Made by a program: the position numbers and the translations under genes
DNA from: a virus
Taxonomy: Duplodnaviria > Caudoviricetes
IMG/VR virus record: IMGVR_UViG_3300017785_008291
Coordinates: 1-39,992 of that record
Direction: 5' to 3' (one strand)
Length of the DNA stretch: 39,992 nt
Shown here: positions 1-8,384 of the stretch, piece by piece
Layout of the letters: each line of letters begins with the position of its first letter
Numbering within the stretch: position 1 is the stretch's first letter
Notes under the pieces: generated by a model
Database searches by the model: none
The model's input: only the letters and a program-made list of their open reading frames with translations
Told to the model about the DNA's origin: nothing

Positions 1-1
1 A

Positions 2-277
2 TTAACACAATATAATGTACTAGAGGAAAAATCTTCAGCAAGATGTACTAAAGTAACCAAAAAGGCTTCATCTACTAGACCTGGTAAAAAGTGGATGCAA
101 TGTGTACGTAAGCCTGGCGGTGGTGGATTTAAACGCATACATTGGGGACAAGCAGGTGTTAAAGTAACTGGTAAATCAGGTAATACTAAACGCAAAAAGA
201 GTTTTAGAGCTAGACACAAATGTTCTACAGCTAAGCCTGGCACTGCTAAGTATATGGCTTGTAAAGACTGGAGATAA
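2..277 (+). CDS. small basic Cys/Lys-rich protein, 5'-truncated, probable virion DNA-binding protein
   Basis: Frame is open from position 2 (LTQYNVLEEKSSARCTKVTKK...) into the tracked ORF. IHWGQ...RKKSFRARHKC...ACKDW resembles a small basic protein family of large phages. Confidence 0.65.
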   Translation, partial: LTQYNVLEEKSSARCTKVTKKASSTRPGKKWMQCVRKPGGGGFKRIHWGQAGVKVTGKSGNTKRKKSFRARHKCSTAKPGTAKYMACKDWR

Positions 278-292
278 ATTAGTGAGTTATAT

Positions 293-1018
293 ATGAATAC
301 TCTTGAAAGCACAACAGCTATTCAATCGTTTAAGACGTTTAAACAGTTCTTTTTCGAAAGTATAGATTTTAATAAACTACCGGAACAAAAGCCTTATGGT
401 TTCTGGATAAGTGCCATTGAGGTAATACCAATTTTTAGTAATAATAGTATTAAAGATGATCATATTATTGCAGCTAATAGATATTTAGGTAAAAATAGAG
501 ATTCTAATCAAGGTTCTCTGTATACGCAAATGTATAATAAAGGGTTTGTAAGAGTTGTTGTAGATAGGGGTCAAGATATTTTATATATACAATCATCAAA
601 ATTAAGACCAAACATAACAGCTCGAAAAAATGCAAGAGATGTTGCATTATATTACGGTCTTACTCCTGTATTGGAATATGATAGATTATTTGAATCAGTT
701 CAAGAAGATTTACCTGAGAATGCACCATATGGTTTTTGGATAAAATACAATGAAATTATACCTGTAAGAGGTGGTCCTGGTGCACACTGGAGTACAGGTA
801 GGAGTTATTTGTTAAAAAAAGATATAGATACCGATTTTGTACATGAACAAATGTTTAAATTAGGGTTTGTTCGTTGCGTATTTGAAGTTCTCAATATAGA
901 TGCAGGTATGGATATAGAATTTAAACCAGGTACCACACCTAGAGAATCTATTAAAAAAGCAGAGACTGTTGCAGAATACTATAATACTATACCATATGTA
1001 TTTGCAGTAAAAGATTAA
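293..1018 (+). CDS. hypothetical protein with two tandem homologous domains
   Basis: LPEQKPYGFWI...H...MYNKGFVRVV is repeated as LPENAPYGFWI...H...MFKLGFVRCV. FKTFKQFFFE lies near the N-terminus. Confidence 0.75.
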   Translation: MNTLESTTAIQSFKTFKQFFFESIDFNKLPEQKPYGFWISAIEVIPIFSNNSIKDDHIIAANRYLGKNRDSNQGSLYTQMYNKGFVRVVVDRGQDILYIQSSKLRPNITARKNARDVALYYGLTPVLEYDRLFESVQEDLPENAPYGFWIKYNEIIPVRGGPGAHWSTGRSYLLKKDIDTDFVHEQMFKLGFVRCVFEVLNIDAGMDIEFKPGTTPRESIKKAETVAEYYNTIPYVFAVKD

Positions 1019-1161
1019 CTACTTGTAGGTGTTAGTGTTCTACCTTCAGCACCATACGGTGGCTGGTTTATATAAGTTACATTGTTCCTATACTCATTAT
1101 TAGAGTATGCAGGTTTCTTTTTTACCTTACGTTTTGCGAAAAACTCTTTAAATTTTTTCAT
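1015..1161 (-). CDS. 48-aa basic protein not in the ORF track (MKKFKEFFAKRKVKKKPAYSNNEY...)
   Basis: Translated by hand. ATG overlaps the stop of 1161..1526 (TAATG), the ORF fills the gap exactly, and the N-terminus resembles the T4 capsid-targeting sequence. Confidence 0.7.
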   Translation of the reverse strand: MKKFKEFFAKRKVKKKPAYSNNEYRNNVTYINQPPYGAEGRTLTPTSS

Positions 1162-1526
1162 TAATCAATTTCCATATCTATATCTGTAGAGTACTTTTTC
1201 ATTAAACTTATTATTTTAGATAAAGATTCTCTTGCATTATTTTCATTAATGTTGTCAATATCAGACATTTGTTCAATATCTTCAGGTTTAGGAGATATTA
1301 CAAATGCTTTTTTAAGTAATCTTATTAAAAGAACTTCACCTTCTGGTGTTAACTCTTTAGTTTGTTGCTCAGTTTCTGCTGGTTGCTCTTCTGTCTGTTG
1401 ATTTTCCTGAGGTGTTGGATTATCTTCAGTGTTTGTTTCTTCAGTACCAGGAGGTAATGGGGCTTCTTCATCAGCTTCGTTAATGAGCTGATTTTTATAG
1501 TAATCTAATTTATTTAAAAACTTCAT
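1161..1526 (-). CDS. hypothetical acidic late protein
   Basis: 121-aa ORF with an E/Q/T/P-rich disordered segment, overlap-coupled to both neighbours in a late operon. Confidence 0.75.
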   Translation of the reverse strand: MKFLNKLDYYKNQLINEADEEAPLPPGTEETNTEDNPTPQENQQTEEQPAETEQQTKELTPEGEVLLIRLLKKAFVISPKPEDIEQMSDIDNINENNARESLSKIISLMKKYSTDIDMEID

Positions 1527-2050
1527 TTTATGTTACCTGCTATTTCTGTTACTTTTTTTGCAATTTTACGCATTAAATCGCCATAAGCAGCATTCATTCT
1601 ATTTTGTGTTAATGCTGCCGCACCAAAACCACCGGCCTTTGTAGCAAGTTTACCAGCAACAGTAACAGCAGCAATAGCATCTTTACCTAAACCAATCTTT
1701 TTCATTTCTGGATCTTCAGCATCTTCTTCTTTAGCACCTGCTACTGCTTCACCACGTGCTTTTTCATATGAAGATAATTTACCATCTTTATCAAGATCAG
1801 CTTTCTTAAAATCAAATTCCTCATCTTCGCCATCAGTGACAATCATTTCTGTTACGTCATCACCTTTATTGATATCATCTACAGTTTCATCAGCTATATA
1901 AGAAGTACCTGTTTGTGTTTCTATACACTTAACTTTTACATCTATTTTACCTGTAGGTCTTGATACCTTTAATACCATCTCACCAGCATCTACACCTTCT
2001 AGTAAAAGTGATGAAATGATCTGATTAGCTTTTTTATCGAAAATACTCAT
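1523..2050 (-). CDS. hypothetical late protein with a DxDxDG loop (KADLDKDGKLSSYE)
   Basis: 175-aa ORF, TAAATA 5 nt upstream of ATG, EF-hand-like calcium-binding loop motif. Confidence 0.75.
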   Translation of the reverse strand: MSIFDKKANQIISSLLLEGVDAGEMVLKVSRPTGKIDVKVKCIETQTGTSYIADETVDDINKGDDVTEMIVTDGEDEEFDFKKADLDKDGKLSSYEKARGEAVAGAKEEDAEDPEMKKIGLGKDAIAAVTVAGKLATKAGGFGAAALTQNRMNAAYGDLMRKIAKKVTEIAGNIK

Positions 2051-2055
2051 AATAA

Positions 2056-2063
2056 TATTTATA
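2056..2063 (-). promoter_or_regulatory. T4-type late promoter TATAAATA
   Basis: Minus strand reads TATAAATA-TTATT-ATG(2050). gp55 is encoded in the window. Confidence 0.75.
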
Positions 2064-2067
2064 TTTA

Positions 2068-2625
2068 TTAGCGGATATAAAGATGTTTAGTTGCAAGCAT
2101 TGTAAAGTATTCTTGATTTAAGTATATCAATCCGTATTTTTTAGTAAATTTCTTAATATTTTCAAACGTTATATCATACCTTGTAGGTGAGTTACTAATT
2201 TCTCTAAGTACGTTTAAGATATTAATTATTCTACCATCATTTGAGTTATTTTTGTATCTTAAGTGTTTACCACTATATTTGCTTAGATAGCACCTAATAG
2301 GCAGTGTTGTTTGTATTTTTGTAAATATTCTTAATAATATGTCTAAAATTTCTCGCTCAGTAAAGTACTGAAAAATTAAGCAATCTTCTAACTGGGTATT
2401 ATTAAACAATACTATAGGCTTCTTAAAAGGACTACACAAATATAACTCACAAATATCATGTATTACGTGGTGATATATTATTCGCTTAACATCTATAGTA
2501 ATTTTAGATTTTAGAATATCTAATTTATATAAATCATTAACTATATCTATATATGTTTTTTCTACAAACATAGAATTTACGTCGATTATATTTACATCTT
2601 CGGCTACATCGTATATAACAGACAT
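2068..2625 (-). CDS. hypothetical protein, possibly a degenerate RNase H/5' nuclease (PIN-like) fold
   Basis: 185-aa ORF with its own early-type promoter. IIDVNSMF...RIIYHHVIHDI...IVLFN weakly echoes the N-terminus of T4-like Rnh. Confidence 0.6.
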   Translation of the reverse strand: MSVIYDVAEDVNIIDVNSMFVEKTYIDIVNDLYKLDILKSKITIDVKRIIYHHVIHDICELYLCSPFKKPIVLFNNTQLEDCLIFQYFTEREILDILLRIFTKIQTTLPIRCYLSKYSGKHLRYKNNSNDGRIINILNVLREISNSPTRYDITFENIKKFTKKYGLIYLNQEYFTMLATKHLYIR

Positions 2626-2630
2626 ACTGT

Positions 2631-2657
2631 ATTATAACTTGTAATTTAAGATTTCAA
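2631..2657 (-). promoter_or_regulatory. early/middle-type promoter TTGAAA-N15-TATAAT
   Basis: Minus strand reads TTGAAA tcttaaattacaagt TATAAT acagt ATG(2625). Confidence 0.65.
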
Positions 2658-3071
2658 CTTCTTTATAAAACAATTCTTACCTATTCTTAAATTTATAATT
2701 CCGTTATAATAATCTTCACGTAATAAAACATTCTCTTCAAATTGTAGTTTTGCTTCAAAATAAGCCATTTCACTCTTAGAATCGCAGAATCTTATAATTG
2801 AAAAACTAAAATTATCCTTACCATACGTTACTATATCACTATTAACTTCGTTAGACGATGAGGTATATGTTTTCCAATCTGTTTCTATATCGAAATGTCT
2901 CTTGTTCTTCTTACCTTTTAAGGGTTTAAGCTTTTTTACACTTTTAATTTGCTTTTTACCTATATATTTTTTATTCGTTAATTTATTCTCTATCAAATAT
3001 AGAAAGCCATAAGGTAATTCCTCTACGTTTATTGATGTACAATTAACCCAGTGGCCGAAATCTGTTATCAT
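2646..3071 (-). CDS. GIY-YIG endonuclease (short, T4 endonuclease II-like)
   Basis: YGFLYLIENKLTNKKYIGKK, WKTYTSSS, conserved E (AYFEAK) and YYNG motif. Confidence 0.85.
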   Translation of the reverse strand: MITDFGHWVNCTSINVEELPYGFLYLIENKLTNKKYIGKKQIKSVKKLKPLKGKKNKRHFDIETDWKTYTSSSNEVNSDIVTYGKDNFSFSIIRFCDSKSEMAYFEAKLQFEENVLLREDYYNGIINLRIGKNCFIKKLKS

Positions 3072-3277
3072 TTTTTGTATTTACGTCTTTTCTTACGTTT
3101 TACAACTCCACTACGCCTATATACCTTTCCACCTGTTGGTATTCTATAATCACCCGGTGCATACCAGTCGCTATTTGCTATTGCATCGTGAGATACATTT
3201 GCAGCAGGACCTAGTGTACCATCTGAGTAAGAGCTATCTTCTTTAAAAATAGCATAGAATTGTTTAAAACTTATCAT
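3068..3277 (-). CDS. small late protein with basic C-terminus (69 aa, start revised to MISFKQFYAIFKE)
   Basis: The tracked start overlaps uvsY. ATG 3277 follows TATAAATA at 3294-3301. Tail is KRKKRRKYKK. Confidence 0.7.
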   Translation of the reverse strand: MISFKQFYAIFKEDSSYSDGTLGPAANVSHDAIANSDWYAPGDYRIPTGGKVYRRSGVVKRKKRRKYKK

Positions 3278-3303
3278 TGATAATTGTATTATATATTTAT
3301 AAT
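3277..3303. promoter_or_regulatory. overlapping divergent promoters: + TTGATA-N15-TATAAT for uvsY and - TATAAATA late promoter
   Basis: TTGATA 3277-3282, TATAAT 3298-3303, ATG 3309. Minus-strand TATAAATA at 3294-3301. Confidence 0.6.
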
Positions 3304-3308
3304 ATGAT

Positions 3309-3704
3309 ATGGAATTGTTAGAACGATATATAAAAGAAATTGAAGAAGATCTCAAAATCGATGAGTTCAACATAAAAGAAGTAGGTTTAAGAATACCCGC
3401 TCGTAAGCATTTTTGGGTTAGCAGATTAATTAATCATAAGCGAAACCTGTTTAAGCTTGAAAATGATAAAAATATTTTTAAGAAAAATGTAATGTCTGAA
3501 TTACAGACACAGTCGTCAGTTAAATTAAACATAATTACAGTAGAAAATGCTGCTGAAAATCATGATAAAATGAGAGAGATGAATATTAAAATAGGTGAAG
3601 AGAAACTACTTATAGAATTTCTTGAAAAGACAGAAAAGACATTCTCATCTATGACATATGACGTTTCAAATATCATAAAAATAATGCAATTGGAACAACT
3701 ATAA
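3309..3704 (+). CDS. uvsY: recombination mediator UvsY
   Basis: EEDLKIDEFNIKEVGLRIPARKHFW N-terminal pattern, 131-aa helical protein immediately upstream of uvsW. Confidence 0.8.
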   Translation: MELLERYIKEIEEDLKIDEFNIKEVGLRIPARKHFWVSRLINHKRNLFKLENDKNIFKKNVMSELQTQSSVKLNIITVENAAENHDKMREMNIKIGEEKLLIEFLEKTEKTFSSMTYDVSNIIKIMQLEQL

Positions 3705-5149
3705 TGAAAAGTATACGTATAGATTATTTAAAAAACCGTGGTCTGTGTAGGTTAACTGGAGATTTTCTTACAGAAATAAGAGAACATTTTAGTGTAAAGA
3801 ATGAAGGTGCCTTTTTTATGAGAAAAAAAGGAATGAGATTTGTTGCTGATAGAAAATACTTTGTAACACCTACGGGTATGTTTGAACCTGGTCTGTTTTT
3901 TGATATATGTAAATTTATTTCTGTAAGTTTTACTGATGTAACCCTAGATGTAGATAAAGATATACCAAAAGTAGTTAAACCAACAATAACAGGTGTTGAT
4001 GTTTATGATAATCTATCATTTAAACTTAGAGATTTTCAAAGCGAAACAATAAAGAATGCACTATCATATGGTAGAGGTATAATTAAAGTAGGTACAGGTG
4101 GTGGTAAAACTTTAATCTCAGCAAGTCTGCTCAGTACATTTTACAATTATAAGGGTAAAAAACTAAAAGCATTAATGATAGTTCCAGATTTATCACTTGT
4201 AAATCAAACACACTCTGAGTTTATAAATTATAATGTACCGTTTACCGTTACAAGATGGACAGGTAATATAGAACCTGATCTTAGTAGTGATGTTATCATA
4301 GCAAATATAGGTATATTACAAAGCAAGTATAGTGAAAATCTATGGATAAATGACGTAGATTTAGTTATAGTGGATGAAGCGCATAAATTAAAAGGTAAGA
4401 ATAAAATATGCAAACTTGTAGATGAAATCAAAACATATCACAAATTTGGACTTACAGGTACATTACCTGATGATAGAGGTGAAGAGTTAAATATCATAAG
4501 CAAATTAGGTACTATAATATATGAAAAGAACAGTTTTGAATTAAGAGAAGAAAAATATCTTACTCAGGTATCTATTAAAGTACTAGATATAGATTATATT
4601 ACTAAAGTTACTCAAATACCTGGAGCTAATAAGTACAAATCAGAATTAGAATACATTTATACTAATAAATTTAGAAATAATATAATTAATACATTATGTA
4701 AAAATTTTAATAATAATACTCTAATACTTGTTAATCATATATCACACGGACAACTAATATACGATAACCTTAAAGATAAATTACAAGACAAAATTGTATA
4801 CTTTATAAGAGGGGATGTAGGTGTAGATGAAAGAGATAGGGTTATTAAAGAAATGGAAGTTAAAGACAATATAATTTGCGTTGCAATAAGTGCTATATTT
4901 TCTACAGGTATTAACGTAAAAAATATACACATGATAGTTTTCGGTTCAGGTGGTAAGAGTTTTATAAGAATTATACAATCAATAGGTAGAGGCTTACGAT
5001 TAAACAATAATAAACAAAAATTAACTATTGTAGATATTGTAGACAATTTAAAATATGGTAAAGCGCATGGTATACATCGTAAAAATATATACGATAAAGA
5101 AAAAATTAATTATTCTTCTACAAAACTGGTTGAAAAATTGATAGACTAG
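3704..5149 (+). CDS. uvsW: UvsW SF2 DNA helicase
   Basis: LRDFQ, GTGGGKT, DEAH, GLTGT, FSTGIN and QSIGRGLR helicase motifs. Confidence 0.95.
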   Translation: MKSIRIDYLKNRGLCRLTGDFLTEIREHFSVKNEGAFFMRKKGMRFVADRKYFVTPTGMFEPGLFFDICKFISVSFTDVTLDVDKDIPKVVKPTITGVDVYDNLSFKLRDFQSETIKNALSYGRGIIKVGTGGGKTLISASLLSTFYNYKGKKLKALMIVPDLSLVNQTHSEFINYNVPFTVTRWTGNIEPDLSSDVIIANIGILQSKYSENLWINDVDLVIVDEAHKLKGKNKICKLVDEIKTYHKFGLTGTLPDDRGEELNIISKLGTIIYEKNSFELREEKYLTQVSIKVLDIDYITKVTQIPGANKYKSELEYIYTNKFRNNIINTLCKNFNNNTLILVNHISHGQLIYDNLKDKLQDKIVYFIRGDVGVDERDRVIKEMEVKDNIICVAISAIFSTGINVKNIHMIVFGSGGKSFIRIIQSIGRGLRLNNNKQKLTIVDIVDNLKYGKAHGIHRKNIYDKEKINYSSTKLVEKLID

Positions 5150-5156
5150 GTATAAT
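5130..5156 (+). promoter_or_regulatory. early/middle-type promoter TTGAAA-N15-TATAAT
   Basis: Ends 6 nt upstream of the gp55 ATG at 5163. Confidence 0.6.
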
Positions 5157-5162
5157 GATTAA

Positions 5163-5612
5163 ATGGCAAAACGAGGTCCAAAACCTAAAAAAACAGAATT
5201 CTATGTAGATCCTGAAGATTTTAAACAAAAATTAGTTATATATTATAAATCTGATGAAATTACTGATGAGTTAGCTATTTTTATTAATAAAATTGCAACA
5301 GGTTTGAGTTATTCATCTAACTTTATTAACTATACGTATAGGGATGAAATGGTAGGCGATGCAATAGTAAAGATGTATGCTGCTATAAAAAATAAAAAGT
5401 TTAATGTTAACTCAGAGTTTAATCCGTTCAGCTATTTTACTACAATAGCATTTAATGCTTTTATTAATAGAATTAAAAAAGAAAAGAAACATCACGATAC
5501 TATAACAGAGTACAGAGAGAGGATGTATGAGCAGGAATTAACAGAAAACTGTGATGTTGATTTATATGTAAAACCAATTAATGATGACTCTGATGGTGAC
5601 TCTTCTGAATAA
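5163..5612 (+). CDS. gp55: late transcription sigma factor gp55
   Basis: IATGLSYSSNFINYTYRDEMVGDA and NPFSYFTTIAFNAFINRIKKEKK are characteristic of T4-like gp55. Confidence 0.92.
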   Translation: MAKRGPKPKKTEFYVDPEDFKQKLVIYYKSDEITDELAIFINKIATGLSYSSNFINYTYRDEMVGDAIVKMYAAIKNKKFNVNSEFNPFSYFTTIAFNAFINRIKKEKKHHDTITEYRERMYEQELTENCDVDLYVKPINDDSDGDSSE

Positions 5613-5616
5613 TAAA
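5554..5616 (+). repeat. direct repeat copy 1 (3' end of gp55), duplicated at 6907-6957
   Basis: ATTTATATGTAAAACCAATTAATGATGACTC is identical at 5560-5590 and 6913-6943, and both copies continue with TTCTGAATAATAAA. Confidence 0.92.
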
Positions 5617-5619
5617 GTA

Positions 5620-6885
5620 TTATTTTAATGATGCAGCAATGCTATCGTTAGCATCTTTAGCCATTTTCCATCCTAATGAAGAATTAATTCTTGGCTTAAT
5701 TTTCCAAGTATTCATATCATTTGGATTGTACTGGTCTAACCATTGAGAATCACTCATTTTTGATACCGGTATATCTTCTACTGGTATGTCTTTTACTGGT
5801 GTTAAAAAGGATGAAGGGTCTTCTAATTGTGTTGTTTTTATTAATTGTGATGCCCCTTGAAACGCTTTACCAGCCATTGCACCTGCAGCACCTACAATAG
5901 CACCTTTCGTTGCGCCGGTTTTAGCACCAGCTAAACCAGCTTTAGCGGTTTTCTTAATATCAAATTTATTACCAGCCACCGCATCAGAGATAGCTGATTT
6001 TGCTGAACCTATAATACCACCACCTATACCACCAACAACAGCACCTTTTGCAGCACCAGCTACCATGGATCCAATTAAAGGCACTATACCGCCAGAGCCT
6101 ATAGCTGCTGCTGTAGTAACAACACCAAGAAGTGCGACCGCAACTGTACCTTTAACTGGGTTATTTTTCATCCAAGTAGTTAATTTACTCATGAATCCAT
6201 CACCACTAGTGTTAGCTACCTGTTTAGATATCTCACCCATTTCCTTTTTAACCTGAGGATCATTTAACCCGTCTGCAATCTCTTGAGGTTTTGCAGATTT
6301 TATTAATTTAGCTGTTTCAGGGTCTTGTTTAGCTACAGCATCTAATACTGTTTTACCTGCTGCAACAGCAACTTTTTGTTTGCCTTTTGAACTTGGTTTA
6401 CTTATAGTTTTGGTATTTGCTGTCTTAGTTAATTTTGTACCTGTGGTAGTCGGTGTTTTCGCTGTTCTTGTACCTGTTTTTGTTTTTGCACCAGAGGCTG
6501 TTTTTGTACTAGCTTTTCGTTGAACTGATGCTCTTTGTGTCTTTGCTTGAGTAATTTTCTTACTCAATCTTTCCATCTCATCTTTATCGCCTTGTTCTTT
6601 AGCTTGTTTCCAACTATTTGTTAATGAGCTAATCGCATTTTTGCCAAAGTTCTTAACTGTATCAAAAAATGCTTCATCTATTTGTGCTTCAGATATTATT
6701 TGCGATTCGGCTATTATTTGGTAATCTGAAATCTCAGACATCATTTCGTAATGCTCGTCATATAGCATAACGTCTCTATTAAAATCTTCTCTAAGTACTT
6801 CAATTACATTTAGATTACCGTATACCCCGTTGTTTACTACATGTAAATAGCTTTCAAATAAATATTGACGATCGTTCGTATCCAT
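5620..6885 (-). CDS. late membrane-type protein with K/T-rich linker and glycine zipper, paralogue A
   Basis: TAAATA-N5-ATG. Hydrophobic segment VAVALLGVVTTAAAIGSGGIVPLIG followed by GxxxG repeats. Paralogous to 6958..8298. Confidence 0.85.
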   Translation of the reverse strand: MDTNDRQYLFESYLHVVNNGVYGNLNVIEVLREDFNRDVMLYDEHYEMMSEISDYQIIAESQIISEAQIDEAFFDTVKNFGKNAISSLTNSWKQAKEQGDKDEMERLSKKITQAKTQRASVQRKASTKTASGAKTKTGTRTAKTPTTTGTKLTKTANTKTISKPSSKGKQKVAVAAGKTVLDAVAKQDPETAKLIKSAKPQEIADGLNDPQVKKEMGEISKQVANTSGDGFMSKLTTWMKNNPVKGTVAVALLGVVTTAAAIGSGGIVPLIGSMVAGAAKGAVVGGIGGGIIGSAKSAISDAVAGNKFDIKKTAKAGLAGAKTGATKGAIVGAAGAMAGKAFQGASQLIKTTQLEDPSSFLTPVKDIPVEDIPVSKMSDSQWLDQYNPNDMNTWKIKPRINSSLGWKMAKDANDSIAASLK

Positions 6886-6890
6886 AACAA

Positions 6891-6896
6891 TATTTA
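6891..6896 (-). promoter_or_regulatory. late promoter TAAATA
   Basis: TAAATA-TTGTT-ATG(6885). Confidence 0.7.
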
Positions 6897-6906
6897 TTAA
6901 ATTTAA

Positions 6907-6957
6907 ATGTTAATTTATATGTAAAACCAATTAATGATGACTCTTCTGAATAATAAA
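6907..6957 (+). repeat. direct repeat copy 2 (orphan gp55 3' end with a 12-bp deletion)
   Basis: Matches 5554-5616 except for one substitution and loss of TGATGGTGACTC between two TGACTC microrepeats. Confidence 0.92.
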
Positions 6958-8298
6958 TTATTGCTGAGCACCAGTCCGAGCAAACTCTTTCATTTTTTCA
7001 ATAAAGTCCTGATCGGATATTTTTCCGTATAATTTTTGTCTAAGCCAGTAGTTATATTCACCGGTACCATCTGCACCAGTAGTAATTAGTTTCTGACCCA
7101 TCGAGTCAGGATCTTCAAACTGTCTGAAACTACCGTTCCATGTTGGACGTTTTGCTGATGGGTCAGAGGCAAACCCAGCATCTTTCATTTTTTGTATGAT
7201 AGACTTTGCTTCTTTCTCGCCTTCCTTACTCGCTTGAATATCTACATTACTTGAATTTTGAGGTAATGTATCATTATCAAATACAGCTTTACCTGCAGCT
7301 TTACCCACTGCACCAGCAGCGCCAGCTAAAGCACCACCAATTGCGCCTGTTTTAGCACCAGCTAATCCGGCTTTAGCGGTTTTTTTAATATCAAATTTAT
7401 TACCTGCCATTGTATCAGATATTGCAGATTTTGCTGCACCTACAACGGCACCACCAACACCACCAACAGCAGCACCTTTTGCAGCACCTCCAACCATAGC
7501 TCCAATTAAAGGTAATACACCACCAGAACCAACTACAGCAGCTGCAGTTATCACACCAAGTAAAGCAACTGCAACAGTTCCTTTTATAGGATTCTTTTTT
7601 AACCATGAAGTTAATTTACCTACGAAACCTTCACCGTTAGATGGTACTTCACTAGATATTTGCTTTGAAATCTTATTCATCTCACTCTTTACTTGTGGAT
7701 CATTTAATCCATCTACAATTTCTTGAGGTTTTGCAGATTTTATTATTTTAGATGTTGTTGGGTCCTGCTTTTCTAAAGCATCCATAACAGCTTTACTTGC
7801 TGCTATTGCAACTTTTTGTTTACCTCTTGAGCTTGCTTTTCTTGGTGCTTTTGTATTAGTTGAATCTACAGATTTTCTAGTACCTGTAGCTTTTGTTCTG
7901 CTTGTACTTTTTGTTGTTTTGGTACCTGCAGCTTTTGATCCTTTAGATTGTTGAGCCTTTGTTTGATTAATTTTTTTACTCAATCTAGCCATTTCATCTG
8001 TATCGCCTTGCTCTTTAGCTTGTTTCCAACTATTTGTAAGTGAACTGATAGCATTTTTACCAAAGTTTTTAATTGTATCAAACAATGCTTCATCTATCCG
8101 AGATTCAGTTATAATTTGAGAGTATGAAAGATCATATGACAACTCAAAGTGCTTATCATAAAATATAACGTCTTTATTAAAATCTTCTCTTAGTATGTCC
8201 ATAACATGATTATTACTGTTATATGAATTATTATATCTATTATTAGTCGTTACTTGAATATAACTCTCAAATAGCTTTTGACGATCATTTATGTCCAT
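6958..8298 (-). CDS. late membrane-type protein with glycine zipper, paralogue B (446 aa, start revised to MDINDRQKLFESY)
   Basis: Start aligns with the paralogue (MDTNDRQYLFESY) and follows TAAATA-TTACC. Core is shared and the C-terminus is unrelated. Confidence 0.85.
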   Translation of the reverse strand: MDINDRQKLFESYIQVTTNNRYNNSYNSNNHVMDILREDFNKDVIFYDKHFELSYDLSYSQIITESRIDEALFDTIKNFGKNAISSLTNSWKQAKEQGDTDEMARLSKKINQTKAQQSKGSKAAGTKTTKSTSRTKATGTRKSVDSTNTKAPRKASSRGKQKVAIAASKAVMDALEKQDPTTSKIIKSAKPQEIVDGLNDPQVKSEMNKISKQISSEVPSNGEGFVGKLTSWLKKNPIKGTVAVALLGVITAAAVVGSGGVLPLIGAMVGGAAKGAAVGGVGGAVVGAAKSAISDTMAGNKFDIKKTAKAGLAGAKTGAIGGALAGAAGAVGKAAGKAVFDNDTLPQNSSNVDIQASKEGEKEAKSIIQKMKDAGFASDPSAKRPTWNGSFRQFEDPDSMGQKLITTGADGTGEYNYWLRQKLYGKISDQDFIEKMKEFARTGAQQ

Positions 8299-8303
8299 GG
8301 TAA

Positions 8304-8309
8304 TATTTA
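8304..8309 (-). promoter_or_regulatory. late promoter TAAATA
   Basis: TAAATA-TTACC-ATG(8298). Confidence 0.7.
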
Positions 8310-8328
8310 TTTTAAACACTACATTTAG

Positions 8329-8355
8329 TTGAAAAAATACATTATATACTATAAT
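8329..8355 (+). promoter_or_regulatory. early/middle-type promoter TTGAAA-N15-TATAAT
   Basis: Upstream of gp47. An ATG follows 6 nt later at 8362 (micro-ORF MQLRNII). Confidence 0.6.
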
Positions 8356-8384
8356 CAATCAATGCAGTTAAGAAATATTATATA

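Noticed and set aside
2646-3071. GIY-YIG gene as a mobile homing endonuclease or intron
   Set aside because: It has no C-terminal DNA-binding repeats, interrupts no gene and is overlap-coupled in an operon.
4228-5046. Antisense ORFs inside uvsW, and similar ones inside gp46, gp43, gp41, terminase and the sheath (39528..39917)
   Set aside because: They lie within well-supported genes on the other strand, have shadow-like composition and lack promoter motifs.
7415-7606. Cys/Trp-rich 63-aa ORF resembling a metallothionein
   Set aside because: It is an alternative frame of the GGT/GCT codons of the glycine zipper in 6958..8298.
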